Shown: positions 22,701 through 35,320 of the stretch, one piece after another
Layout: every line of letters starts with the position of its first letter
Numbering within the stretch: the first letter of the stretch is position 1
Assembly: GCA_973895155.1 (NCBI GenBank)
Contig: OZ316897.1
Span: 18,863,111 to 18,927,110 of the forward strand
Length of the DNA: 64,000 bases
From: Marsupella aquatica
Taxonomy: Eukaryota > Plantae > Marchantiophyta
Reading direction: 5' to 3'
The notes under the pieces: model-generated
Told to the model about the DNA's origin: nothing
What the model saw: only the letters and a program-made list of their open reading frames with translations
The model's database searches: none
Made by a program: the position numbers and the translations under genes

Positions 22701-25606
22701 GGATAGGTGTCTTCGCCGGTATAGATGCTGCAATCGGGGTGTGATTGGAAAATACCTCAGTACCTGAATGTACAACAACCATGAGGCGGCATTTCGTCGT
22801 TAACATCACAAATATGTTGACGATAACTACGTTCCAAAAATCTTTACGATGTTCAATACGACATATTACTTCTGTATTGAACATAACTACGTATCCTAAA
22901 AGTGAATGACGTTATAGTTTCATGTTGAGCAGATCTATGTTCTCTAAACTTTTACGTTGCAAAAAGCAACGTTGGACTAAAAAACGTCGTATGGAAAGAC
23001 GTAAAAATCACAAGGGAGATGTTAGGGTTATTTACTTCTAGTTGAAAGACGTACTACTCACGAGGGCAACGTTAAGGGACACAAAATCCCGTAAAGTAGT
23101 CAAAAATTACTAAAATACAGATGTGGTACAGAGAGGATGTCATTACCTTCTCAGCAATCTTGTCTCCAATGGTATCAGGACGATACCGTGGAAGGCCACA
23201 TCGCTCAATTGGGCAATGGGTGAGGTCCAAGTACGGTCCTCTATACAAGATGCACCCATGAGGGCACATATGTATAGTCTCTAACGCCAGTCCGATAGAT
23301 GATAACAACTTCTTAGCCTCCCTCACACATCCTGGAAGGTTGTTAGGTTGAGGCAAGAGTTTGTTGTGGAACAACGCAAAGAGTGCATCTGTATGGACAT
23401 CTGATCCATTGAAAACCCCCTGTAAATTCAACATCAAGAGTGTGGCTCCCAACCTGCATTTGCATTGAAAACCACAAAGAAACCAGCTTTTTAATTAGTT
23501 TAAGGCATGCCATTGAGGATGGTCCAATTGGGGACTTAGGGTTTATGCACACCCTTAAGCAACATTACAGTAGAAAAACTATAATAGCACCTCAGAGAAA
23601 TGTACCGTGAGGTCGGGGAACCCTGGAATAGCGGAGTCCTGGATTCAGTTTCCAATTGGTCCCAATCATCTTCGTCTAGTTCCATGACAGGAGGGTCACC
23701 CTCAGGTACATGAGGTCCAAAGTGGATGTCCACAAGGTGCGCAAAAGCATCCTCTTCAAGAATAGGTGCATCCATATCATCCTCTACATCTTCATCAAAA
23801 TCGTCATCATGTGCATCATGGTACTCATTCACATCCTCGTCCACATCCTCGTCCTCATGCACATGATCACTCTCAACATCTTCGTCGTCAGAAAAAGATA
23901 ATGTGGCTCGCATGTGGAACGAACGGGCTGACTCCGTCATCATCGATGGATGAGGTGTAGGTGTTATATTTGGACCATCCTATGCAAGACGTCAATATTA
24001 GATAAGGTCATCCCCAAATTAGACAATGTGTTCCCAATAGTGCATGAGGTAATGAAGGTCAAAGAATCCAATATAAGTCTCACTCTGAGTAATGAATAAG
24101 TGATCAATAACATATATAATCTTCAATGCCAATCATAGTCTACAAATATCTCATCCCCTGCTCGAATGGTGCGGGTGGCATGTGTCAGGATGTAGTGACT
24201 GCATCCCAAGGGCAAACGAGGGTGACTCTGGTCATGGTACTCATGCCACTCAGCGTTGGGGCGGAACCCCAAACGCCGACACCCCACTGTGCTATTGATG
24301 TAACCCGCCAAGTTTCCAGTACGAGGGGGGTAACCATCCATCTGAGTATACCTAGGGTCCAACTTAAGTGACATGCCATACCGACCAAAGGTTGGGCATT
24401 GGCGAGACAAGATACGCCATCTATGGGCCGAATACTTTGGCCCATAAAATGGAATCAACTCGGGCAGGTCCTCAGGTGCACAACCTTCCGGCACCACAAT
24501 ATCCACGAGTGCAAATAATCCAAGACCTACGTCGTCTCCCAATGTGGATGGGAGGAGGACCCATGGCCTATCCCAAACTACAATAGGCTCCCGAACAAGC
24601 AGGACCATAGGGAGGCCAAACTGGGTTGGGAATGAGTCCTTTATGATGTCCAAGGCTCTCCCTCTTAACTCTCTTGGTGCTCGGGAAAAAGAGGCATCAA
24701 GAAAAGGACAGTGTGGCGGCACCGTCCTAGGGGTACGAGACGTAATGGACCGAGGTCTAGTGGTGACCTCTACTCCCCTCTCAATAGGGTGACTCCGAAT
24801 GACCCTCCTCCTCCTATCAAAAACACGGTCTATTGCCCTTAATGTGGCATCGAGTGCTGATGGGGGAACTAGTGCTGTGAGCGCGCGACGTGCAACCTGT
24901 CTCATGTGGTCCAAGGGCGGAGAGACCACACACAAAATCTGTTTCACATGTGAACAAGAGAACTTCAGAAATCAGGGAAAAAACCATTTCAACTAAACAC
25001 TCAAGAAACTCAAGAAACCCAAACATGTTATATTCAAAAATAAGGACTTAATGAATTGAATAGTGTCAATAAAGGTTTATGAATTACCTGATGTGTCGGG
25101 GGTACGTAACGGCCGTGGAGGCCTAAATGGCTAAGGACAGTGGTCCTCTCGTGGGAGACGACGCCCTTGCATCTACTACATGGGCAGGGCATCTTTCGGA
25201 CTGGGCCAATCCCCTGAAGGGCAGCCATGGCCTCTCCAAACCTATCCTCATCCTCCGGCATGGGTGATCGGTGTCGGGGTGTGTGGTCATCAGAGGGAGA
25301 CCTGGACCGGCGGTGGCGGTGGGACTGTCGATGGGACCTCCTATGCCTTCGTCGCTCCCGATGTCGATGATCCCTAGATCGGTACTCCCTATCTGAAGAC
25401 TGATCCCAACTCCTCTCAGACGAATGGTGCCTGCTCCTATCAGATGATAAGTCCCTCCTCCTCTCGGCTGAGTGGTATCTCGACCTCGCAGGTGAGTGCT
25501 CCCTCCTCCTCTCCCTCCCCCTATCATGAGAGCGGTACCTGTCTCGGTGATGTGCACCTCCATCATAGCGATCATCAGATGACCACTCCGATGAGCACGA
25601 GGCCAT
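19704..25606 (-). pseudogene. Multi-exon CACTA transposase of element B, with at least one premature stop
   Basis: Exon 1 (25606-25088) has PCPCSRC...HLGLHG. Later exons start at 23979, ~23453, ~22763 and onward and carry RYFPITPRLQHLY, DGVNPY, DPMHIEVNV, GLKSHDYH and WMYWVERYMKVLKGWVRQPARPEG. TGA at 21877-21875. Confidence 0.9.
24123..25606 (-). CDS. SET-domain (lysine methyltransferase-like) protein; predicted splice 25606-25088 + 24938-24123, about 444 aa
   Basis: SET motifs VGLGLFALVDI, FYG, GNLAGYINS...PNAEW and ATRTIRAGDEIFVDY. Phase-0 donor CAG|GTAATT at 25088 joins phase-0 acceptor AAACAG|ATT at 24938. Confidence 0.8.
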
Positions 25607-26124
25607 GGCCTGCAATAGTACACACACATATACACGCAAACTTGCAAACTCAGCCTTGGAAATGGAACGTCGGGACCACTATAGTACCACAATATTTACG
25701 TCAAGTAAAACGAAGTACTTTCACTTTACGTCGCCGAGAACACAATACACGACGTATTTCTTAAACCCTACGTCATGTACCGTACCCCACACGACGTTAC
25801 AGTAAACCCTACCTTTTAACGGTGTACAGAACAACGTTTAAATGAAAACGTCGTCTAGCACAACGTATTACTAATCGATCAATTAGGGCATCGTCATGAA
25901 AAACGATGTAAATAGACAGAGAACGGCGGAAACACATTGTTGCAAACTCTGCCGCATTCTATTCGGAAAATACCGGGACATAGTGTCGAATGTGAGTCAT
26001 TCGACCATTCCGCACACACCTCACCCCACATCTAGTGTTCTATTCTGTTCGTGGCTCTAGTGAAGCTCTAGTGAAGCTCTAATCTTTGTGAAGGTCATCT
26101 ACATTTGCTCCAAGTCTCGCCTCA

Positions 26125-28131
26125 ATGTCACGTCCAGCTTATCTGCCCCTCAGTATCAACTTTGATGCTGTGAAAGTTTCCATGGAAGACCCAGAGGAGG
26201 TGGAGAAGGTTCGAACAGCTTTGCGGTCAGCACATTCACTGATTGATGCTTTCAATCAGAGTTGGCAATTCATGGGAGGAACTGGGACGAAGGAGTCACG
26301 ATTTTTGGAATACCTTCAGAACATAGAAGAGAACGCTCCAGCATCCGACGTTGAGCCCGACATTCAAGCACCAGAGTTCTTGCGCGACCTTCCGGGGGCA
26401 TCACTTGATCCTCTTGCTTCCTTCCCGCCCTTGATGGACTCAGTCTGGGACTATCCCTCGTTCTCTGGGATGGAGTCGGATTCACAACCACCCTGTGTTA
26501 CTCCCATCAAGAGCCAAGTGAGGATTCAAAGATATGAGCCTGATGATTCAAGTACAGAGTTGCGGACACACAGAAGGCGACGTCGTTCCCGTTCTTTGAG
26601 TAGCAATAGTAGCATTGAGAGGAGACAAAAAAAAGGGGAAGGGAAAGGAGCGCAGAGAAAGAGACAGCCGCAGCACAACAAGAGAAAAAGGGTTGAACGA
26701 GATTCGAGGGTGGACAGAGATAGGAGAGGTCGAAGGTCACATCGACATTCACATTCAATCGGAGGAGGTCATCGGCGAGCTTCTCCTAACCGAACCGTTG
26801 CTACTCTTGCCAGCAAAGAACAACTGCCGGTCATCAGCCTGGCTGCTTTTGATGCGAAGCCAGAGGTGCTTGATGAGAAGGCGCTAACGAATCGAGTGCA
26901 GGTCTGCTGTACGAAACACTGCCCTGGGTGGACGACTTGGAAGGACCTCGTGCACAATACAAAGAAGTTTCAAGTACTCCTCAATGACATACAGGCCGGA
27001 TTCAAGAATGGCAGAGAGATTGATTTTCGACACATCAGGCAGAAGATTGTGAGTTTCCTTGCTGACAGAAGATTCAGGTGGAGAAGCAAGGTCCGAGCAA
27101 TGAAATGCGAGAAGACAGGGCAGTACCGTAAGCCTGAAGGGATGGCCGAGTCGGACTTCAACTTGATCGTGTCTGAACTTGAAGCACCCCCAGACACCCT
27201 AGTAGGAAAATGAGTGCACATGGGTGACAAAGCCACTGCAGCTCGAAAGAATAGCGGACGCCTTCTAGTAACCAATTTCTGGGGGCAAGGAGGATGGCGA
27301 GGGTTCCTCGCAACCTACGTAAGTCTCGGACCCAACTTCCACATTTTCATTTTGCTGCTCCGGTGTAAACCATAGTGTAACGTCGAGATTTTGAAATTAC
27401 GTCGCCTGATTCATTCATAACGTCGTCCATAACAACGTTAACTTTGATTTGTAACTTCATCTTAGACGTACCTTAGGAAGAACGTCGTCCTTGAGACATT
27501 ACATGTACCGCTTTAGTGAAAATGTCGTTAGAGCGACGTTAACTAGATATGCAACGCATGGAACGACGTTAGCACCGATGCTGAGAGGGTTGAATACGTG
27601 CTTAGGAACGACGTTCTTTTGCTTTCTCGCAGAAACGCAAGTTTGGTGTCGATGCCGAGCCGTCGGAGGAGGAGCGGCTGTACTCGAAACGGTATGGCCC
27701 GGCAGCGCTATGGGCCAAGTTGGCCTCAGTCCCGGAGGATCACCGGGTAAGAGCTAAAGTGATTGCTAGGTTGTAGTTGACTTTAGGCCTACTCTGTGAC
27801 ATTAACTGACCAGAATGCTATCATGCAGGTGGAGGATTGGACTCCTCCGGAGGGCTTGGTTGCACGGGCCATCCCTGAGGATCACTTGCCAGCCAGGGTA
27901 CCGCCCGAGGAGGGTTTGCAGGAGGAGGCTCACGTAGATTGCGGGCAGGAGGAGGGAGAGACTCATGGGGGGCGTACTAGTGGCCAAGGCCGGAGGGAGA
28001 GAGAGAGAGCCAAGGGAGGGAGAGAGAGGGAGATAGGGAGAGGTCAGATAGACAGAGGGGGAGGGAGAGGGAGAGGAGGAGGAGGGATGACACTAGGCGA
28101 CCTCCACACAGTAAGGGGAGTAGGCCAGTGA
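26125..28131 (+). pseudogene. TnpA/Ptta-like second gene of element B, divergent from the transposase
   Basis: WTTWKDL...KFQVLLNDIQAGF...FLADRRFRWR...KPEGM...FNLIV pattern and NFWGQGGW resemble En/Spm ORF2 proteins. In-frame TGA at 27211; further exons at ~27633-27746 and from ~27829. Confidence 0.6.
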
Positions 28132-30519
28132 CTACTCATAGGGCTGCAACACAAGCAGATACGTTGTCCCCCAGTACCACTAGCTTAGAGGAGGATGACT
28201 CCAGGTACGAGTTGCGCCCGAGAGGCGTACAACCCACTTCTACAAGCAGGTCTGGACGTGATACCAGGCGGACTGAGCGTGACTAGGGTATAGCCTATTT
28301 TACTTGCCCGACTTCATCCTCCATTTTGTACATATTTGGCCCATAACAATATTATCTAATACGACACTTTTCGCGGATTACAACGTCTATACCATATGCA
28401 TATTGAATGTGTATCCCTAAACCCCAACTGCCTACCCAAATAATGCTCACCCCATTGTAACCCTAGCTTAAGTGTGTTTATAACCTCCAATAAGGTTGTA
28501 TGGCAGGGTCCGACATAATATACGGGGCGTCGTTCATTCATAAAGTTACCAAGCTTCTCACAAGGTATGACCCAGACGTAGTCTTCCACTTTCACACAAC
28601 GTCGTTCATGACATCGATATATGATAACAACGTCTTATCACACCACGTAAACCAATGAACGAATTCACATTACATCAAACGGAACGGTGTCCCAGACATC
28701 GTTACAAACACTGACGTTGTCTTATACGAGGGAGTCAACGTCGTCAATCACGACGTTTTGTTTGTATTAACGTCAGTTCGTGCGACATTCAATGGACATG
28801 GAAATCTACATTAGCCCAGTACTCTAACGATGCATAGGACGTTGTGCACACAAAGAACCACGTTGGCGGTGTGGCAATGTGCGTTGTGTGAGACGACGTA
28901 AGAAACCACATCAATATAGACGTCCGGAACGTTGCCAATTTTACCTTGGGGATTCCGTGTTTCCATTTAGAGTTTCATACGTCGAGATTAGCCTGTTGTG
29001 AGGCAACGTTAAGTTAAGTCAAAATGTAGTTGTGAAGGGAGCAGCATAAACCAATGCTTTATGGATGGCAAAGCACTAGGACTGAGCAACGCAAATAACC
29101 TTGGCCTATGATTGGAAGCAATCACAAATATTGCAACCTGTATGCCTTTGCCTTCTGTCCAGCAGTGCTCACTCACCCTGCCTTTTTTAAATCTGTAAGG
29201 GCAACACAAAACAAATAGCAATTGAGTTTCAGCAAAGCATTGGTTCTCAAGTTTTAAAATGGACAGACTTGTTTCATTGTCTGCCTTGTGCGCAGCAGGC
29301 TAAGACCGATCAGGGCAAATAATTTATATATTCAAGTAGTGAGAGCTACAAAATTTGCTGGGACAGTTTTCTAGTTCTGGATCCTGCTGCGCTTTATATA
29401 CAGCAGCAACCTGAATTCAATTTTTATAGACCATTAGATTGGGGTGTTTCTTTTCACCACGGCTATTACTTCAATGAAATCACTATTGTTTCATGTTTAC
29501 TTCAATAGTCTCGTGGCAATCGAAGGGTTCGGAACTTAACATAGCAGACACAAAAAATGTATGCTAAGCAGGAGGAGAAACAGGGCAATAGAGCAACATA
29601 GCAAGAAGGCAGGGGTAGCATGGCAAAAGGAAAGAGTAAATTGAAACTATGAAACATAGCCAGATTGAAGGGGAAGAAGAGCACAACCTCTTGCAGCTCC
29701 CGTTTCTCCTCCTGTAGCTCCCGATGTAACCTCCCGCAGCTCCCGCAGCACACTGACAAACGGTGAGACCTCCTGCAGCTCTTCCCGCAGATCCTGCCTG
29801 TTGTGACCTCTTGAAGCTCCACCAATGTGACCTCCCGCACCTCCACCACTTCTCTGTAGCTTAGTTATCCCCAATCATAGCTTGCAGCTCCTTCCCAATG
29901 AGCCCTAAACCACTCCTCGCAGCCGAGCTCGCAGCTTATGACCCGCAGGTTATCACCAATCACAGCTTGTCGCCCTTCGCTGAGGTAGCCTCCCGCAGCT
30001 CCTTTGTAATGTATTGTCCCAAGTCTCCTCCTCACCCACTGGTTATCATCGATTGCACGTCGTCGCCCTTTGCAGCTTTCTGAGACATATAGCTCCAACA
30101 TTAACGCCAAATGCTCCGCAATGTTGCGTGACACTGCAACAATGGATTGGAGCTCTTCCGTGGTAGTAGCTCCCAAGTCCTACCGGCTCACCCTAAGCTT
30201 TCCTACTCCCCTGACCGCGCACAGCACCCTGATACAGTTTTTGGGAAGAAACGGAGTGCGCACTCCACAAAGCTGTCTCAACTCGCAACTGAACTCAAAT
30301 GCGCCCCGCACTCCATGCACATTGCCCACCGCCACATTCCTTTGATGAAAACGCGCACCTCAACCACAAAAACCCTACATTTCACAACTTGGGCTCGACT
30401 CGATATTTGCCGTTGTGCACCTCCAATGCAGATTTGCCGACCACTTTTGTTCCGAGGGCCTACTACAAGAACGCGGGAATTGGAGCACGATGTTGATTGT
30501 ATGATCCAGGGTGTGATCT

Positions 30520-33500
30520 TGTGATGCCTAGACAGGAATCACTCGGCCAGTTAAGTGGGTAAAGCAGAAATGCACCCTGGAAACACCTTAGTATAGGGAC
30601 AAAACAAGGAAAATATAAACAATTAGGGGCGACTATGGAACCCGGGCCGAGGCCGGAGGTAAGGACGCTGGGGGTGAAAACTCGATTAGGGTTAGGGCGC
30701 GCTAAGCGTCGGTGGCTAGGAAGGATCAACGGGAGGAAGGACAGGAAGAGGAGAGGGATAAGGAGCGCTTGTAGGAGATGGTGGCTCATTTGCGAGCACG
30801 AACTAGGCAGACGACTACGGGAGGCCAACTACTGTCAGCTGCTTAGGCAAGCACTCGGGGAGAGAGTAGATACCGACGATTGATCTAAGGAGGGTATGAG
30901 CAACGTCAATCAAGCAGCACATTTCTGGGGATGCCTGTTCGAACGGGCAAGTGAGTACATCAAGACTTACAAGGACGAGGAATAAAAAAGGGCAGCTCGA
31001 GAACGGCAGGAGCTTGCTTGATTGTGGGAGCTGCAGAAGACGGCTTTCTTAGGAGGTGAACTCATCAAGGACGAGTTCTTGTGGACTCCTACTTCCAATC
31101 AGCTCGACGATCTTCTGTTTTGCAAAGACAGCATCATCGGCATTCGAGAGGCCATCAAGAACTGCAACGACATACACTGGGAATTGAAGGGTAGCACGGA
31201 AAGGTGGACCCAGGCAACGGTGCTAGGAGAAACCTCCACGGCAGCAGAGATGAAGAGGAAGGGAGCTGTCAACCATGAAGCCACCCCGGCAAAAAGAACG
31301 AGGTCGGCGGCACCAAAGAAGCCAGCCGAGCAGCAGAGCAGAAGGCAGGGAGAAGCCAAAGTAGAGGAGGTCGATCCCATTAAAGCCATTCCAACTAGGG
31401 ATGACACCTGGAAAGGTTGGGCGGCAACCCTACCGGTGGAGGTGCAACTACATTTTGCATGGGAGGAGGATGCATGCTTTACGGCCATGCAGACCAAGAA
31501 GTACCAAGGCTTCATGGCCGGATCCGGCTTAGAGGCCTTTGTAAGATTACCATGGCTGAAGCCGGAAGTACCGGATTCAGACCTATTAGAATTCGTGGGG
31601 TCATGGGAACCCGAGACCAATTGCACGAGGATATATGGGAAGGATTTCTATCTTACTCCCAAGGTGATTGCCGAAGTGTTTGGCTTGCCGATAGGCAATA
31701 AGACCAAAGTTGATACCAGGAAGACCTTGCCTGACAAGGAGTTCCGGTCGTTCCCCGGGCCATCAACGAAGAATGGCTTCTTCCGGAACACCTACACCAA
31801 CCCGCACATTGGAGAGATGATCGACTTCTTGCGGGTGACCATGCACTGTAACTTGCCGAGGGCAGAGATCGGCAAGGCACAGGTCTATCTGGCAGAGAGG
31901 CCACACCCAAGCCGGGACTACAACGGGTACCTCCTCAACCAATTGAAGAAGATCTTAAAGGAGGAGCAGCAGGTAATCGGCATGGGGAGCGTGTCGCGGC
32001 TTGGCTATCACATGCCGCTATTGTGCCGGTATGCCAGAGGTCAGACCTTTGCCCCAGTACTTCCCCTGCAGGTAAGGGCACCTGAGGAAGCTCCAGCACC
32101 GAGGCCGGTAGCAGAGAAGCCTCAATCACCTGTTAGCCCTACGATCGAGCAGGTGTTTAGGCCAAGGACAGAGGACTTGCCGATGCAGCAACCAGGCATG
32201 CAGAATCTGCTGAAACTACTGGAGAAAGAAAAGAGATCGGCATCTGCAACGACAACGGCAACGGCAACAATGCAGAACATTGCTCCAGAGGTAGGCCTAC
32301 ACCGGCTTACAAGGGAAAACCCCTTTACTGGAGACAAGGAAAGAATCAGGCCAGAATCCAAGCGGGGTGTTCGAATGTACGTGGGAGTCTCAAGCTCTGA
32401 ATCTGAGGCAGAATTTCCTGAAGCTCCTACGGATGAAGAGGAGAGGGAGAAGCCGGAAGTCCAAGAAGTAGAGGAGGCAGTGGAGGACTGCAGCCATGAT
32501 AACTTCGGCTATGGGTCGGACCATCACGTTCCAGGAGTAAGGACCTGTGGCCGGTTCATCCCCACACTTCCAAGAGTAGTACGAGGGGACCCCAACCAAC
32601 AGAGTAGCCCTGAGTCTCCCCCACCAGATGTTGCTCCCCCGAGCTTTGACGACATAAAACAGACGGCGCAGGAATTTCAGGAGCGAATCAGGCAGGAAGA
32701 AGAGGCAGCCCTGGCTAGAGAAAAGGATTTGCCAGGAGAAGATTGGCCGGAGGACATCAAGCGGCTAGCCAAAAAAGGAAGCAAACCTCTAGCCACGATT
32801 GAAGAGATCCGCAAGACGGCTTGGGAGCAGAGGCCGCGGTGGATGATGCCGATGACTTCTACTTCCTCCACCTATGCTAAAGACAGAGCCATGGAGTACG
32901 GGGAGATGTGTGGAGAACTGGCGCTCAGCATATTTGGGGAGGAGTTGGAGCAGGGACCCTTTTTCCAGAGGGAGATGTTGGAGAAGCGCCAATTAGAAGA
33001 AGCGGTGGCCTTGGAAAGAAGCAAGAAGGACGAGGTCATCCGTCGGCTTAGGGAAAGGGAAGCCAAAATCAAGGACCTAAGGGTGGCCAAGAAAGCCCAA
33101 GATGAGCTGCGGATTAAGCGGCATGAGCTAAATATCATGCAGGGCCAGTTGGATACCGCACAATCTGATAATCGGATGATCGAGAATCTACTGACGCGGA
33201 CCCAAGGAGAGTTGGCCGATACGATCAAAGAGAGGGAGAAGTGGAAGCGAGAGCTGAGGAATGCAGAGGAGGCCCACATAACAGCCAACAGCCGGGCCAT
33301 GGCGGAGACCCAAAGAAAGGAATGGGCGTTGAAGGGGGAGCTCAAGAAAATCCGCGGAGCCCTTGAGCAGAAGGAGGCCGAGTTAGGGAAATCCTATCAA
33401 GGGATTATGGCGCTGCAGCAGGAGCTTGCGTCCCTGACGGCCAGCTTCAAGGCCGACCTAAGGGAGAAGGATGAGATGCTCGATCAAACTTACGCAAAGA

Positions 33501-35209
33501 TGAACCAGATGGAGTCTGTCATCATTGCAGAACTCGACAAGGAGCTACGAGCAACCCGGGAGGAGAGGGCTACCTTGAAGAAAGAACTGGAGGAGGCCCA
33601 TAGGGAATGGGAGGAAGCCCAAAAGGAACTAGAAGAGGCGCGCAAGGACCTGGATGAGACCCAGGAGGAGTTGGAGGAAATCACGAGGAAGATGGAGAAC
33701 CTACAGCGGCGGGCCGACAACCAAACAGAGCGGCTGAAGAAACAAGCCGCAGTATTTAAGTGCTTGTCTTCATCAGGCCCAACTCCAATTGGGGCAACCA
33801 AGTTACCAGGAGTGGTACTGGCCGAAGAACAAGCCGCGCCACCTGCACCAGTGCCGGAAGTAAGTGGGAAGGGGAAGGGACCAGCTGCCGAACCAGAAAA
33901 GAAGAAGAAGCGGAAACCTTCAGGGTCAAGGAGTAATACGACTCCACAGGCCGTGGTGACCAAGGAGGTAGACCCAGCACCAACCTCCGGCATGAACACG
34001 GCAATATATCCCGCTATCATCAAAGGTGGGGAAGGTGCGGCCCAAGCCGAACTACTCAGTAATGAGGCTGGTATCCCAGATCTGCCTCTTGAGCAGGCCG
34101 GGGAGGCTGTAGCCGAGGCTGAGGCCGTAGCCGAGAATGATTCCCGAGCCGATGCCGATGGTGGACCCAGTCAGGCCGATGGAAAGTTGACTCAGTCAAG
34201 GGCAGGTAATCTGTCAGAAAACGAACCTACGACAGTGGCTGAGGAGGAAGCGTTGGGGGCGTCCATTGAGGATCCACCACCGGTGTCGTGACGGTGCAAG
34301 GGCGCCGTTCCTTTTAGGAAAGGCGGACGTGGAGGGAGGAGGCGTGAGTGGGCAGGGCGAGCGCTGATTTCCAAGTTTAGGATTAGGATCAGGACCAGGA
34401 GCGGCCCTGACACTTAGCTTAGTGGGATTGCGGTTCCACTAGTAGGAGCAACACTTGTGCTCCTGCCTTGCTGTACATAGGTAGATCTAGGCAAGTAGAT
34501 TACTGTTAGGTAGATTAGGCTTACGCTGCAAAGAATTAGACGGATCCACTACCAGGATAAGTACCTGGGCAGCGGGGAGCTCAGGGCCTCTTCTTTAGCA
34601 AGTTTTTAGTTTGCACCAGCCGGGCTGGGATCAAGTAGTAAGAGAAGCTCTCGGTTAGTCATACAGTGACCCTTGTGTATATTCATGTTTCCTCATGCCT
34701 AAGAGCTGAATAGAGTTGGCCTCACGGCTTAGTTCGCAGAGCTTGTGTATGAGATGTACTGTTTGTATGGCAAGTGCATGGTATGACTCAGTCAGAAGGA
34801 GTCATTTTGCTATTTGTGTGTCGCATTAACTTGTGTGAAGAGTGCCCACATCAACTAATAGAGGAAGGAAAGTAAGCAGGGGAGTGAGAGTTGGATGTGT
34901 CGAGCTAAGAGAGGTCTTAGCGGCTTAACCAAGCCTATTGGGGATCATTCCGGCGGCGGAATCCAAACATACCTAACAAGACGGAGGGGAAGACAAGGGA
35001 AGGCCTAGATTAGGCCGACTACGTATCTCATGACCCGATGAAGGATCTGTCCAGTATATGTGTGTAAATGTTAATAGTAGTAGTAGAAGAAGGTTAGTAG
35101 CGTCCCATGCCGCTAAGCCACGGAAACGGCCTCACCAAGCGCGAAACCTGCAGGAATCGGCTTGAGTTGGGGGGTTGCTTGGGTTTAGGGAGCCATGGGA
35201 CGCACCACA
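30520..35209 (+). mobile_element. Solo LTR (4690 bp) of the gypsy family
   Basis: TGTGATGCC...GCACCACA flanked by 5-bp TSD GATCT (30515-30519 and 35210-35214); no gag/pol inside. Confidence 0.95.
30635..34291 (+). pseudogene. LTR-encoded ~1218-aa accessory ORF (three point stops near the 5' end; 1089 aa still open)
   Basis: ATG 30635 is in frame with 31022..34291. Stops at 30881, ~30983 and ~31019 are sense codons (CGA, TCA, CGA) in the other LTR. Contains LLEFVGSW...IYGKDFYLTPKVIAEVFGLP and a long heptad coiled coil. Confidence 0.82.
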
Positions 35210-35248
35210 GATCTCAGCCGTTGGCACTTGTGTAGGTGCCAAAAATCT

Positions 35249-35320
35249 AATACCTCTCCACTAGGTTGGACAATTTAATACCTCTCCACTAGGTTATAAA
35301 CTTAATACCTCTCCATTATT
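35249..35320. repeat. Three short direct repeats AATACCTCTCCA(C/T)TA
   Basis: Seen directly; may be subterminal repeats of element A (possible TAGTG end at 35607-35611). Confidence 0.5.

Larger units (their letters stand above)
17998..29034 (-). mobile_element. Complete En-Spm/CACTA-superfamily element B (11,037 bp) nested in element A
   Basis: Perfect 13-bp TIRs CACAACTACATTT (17998-18010) and AAATGTAGTTGTG (29022-29034); 3-bp TSD AAG at 17995-17997 and 29035-29037; internal Tnp2-type transposase. Confidence 0.93.

Noticed and set aside
30685-30697. Telomere-like TTAGGGTTAGGG and GGGTTTAGGG inside the LTR
   Set aside because: Only one or two units, and one lies within coding sequence; not enough to call a telomeric tract or a functional telo-box.
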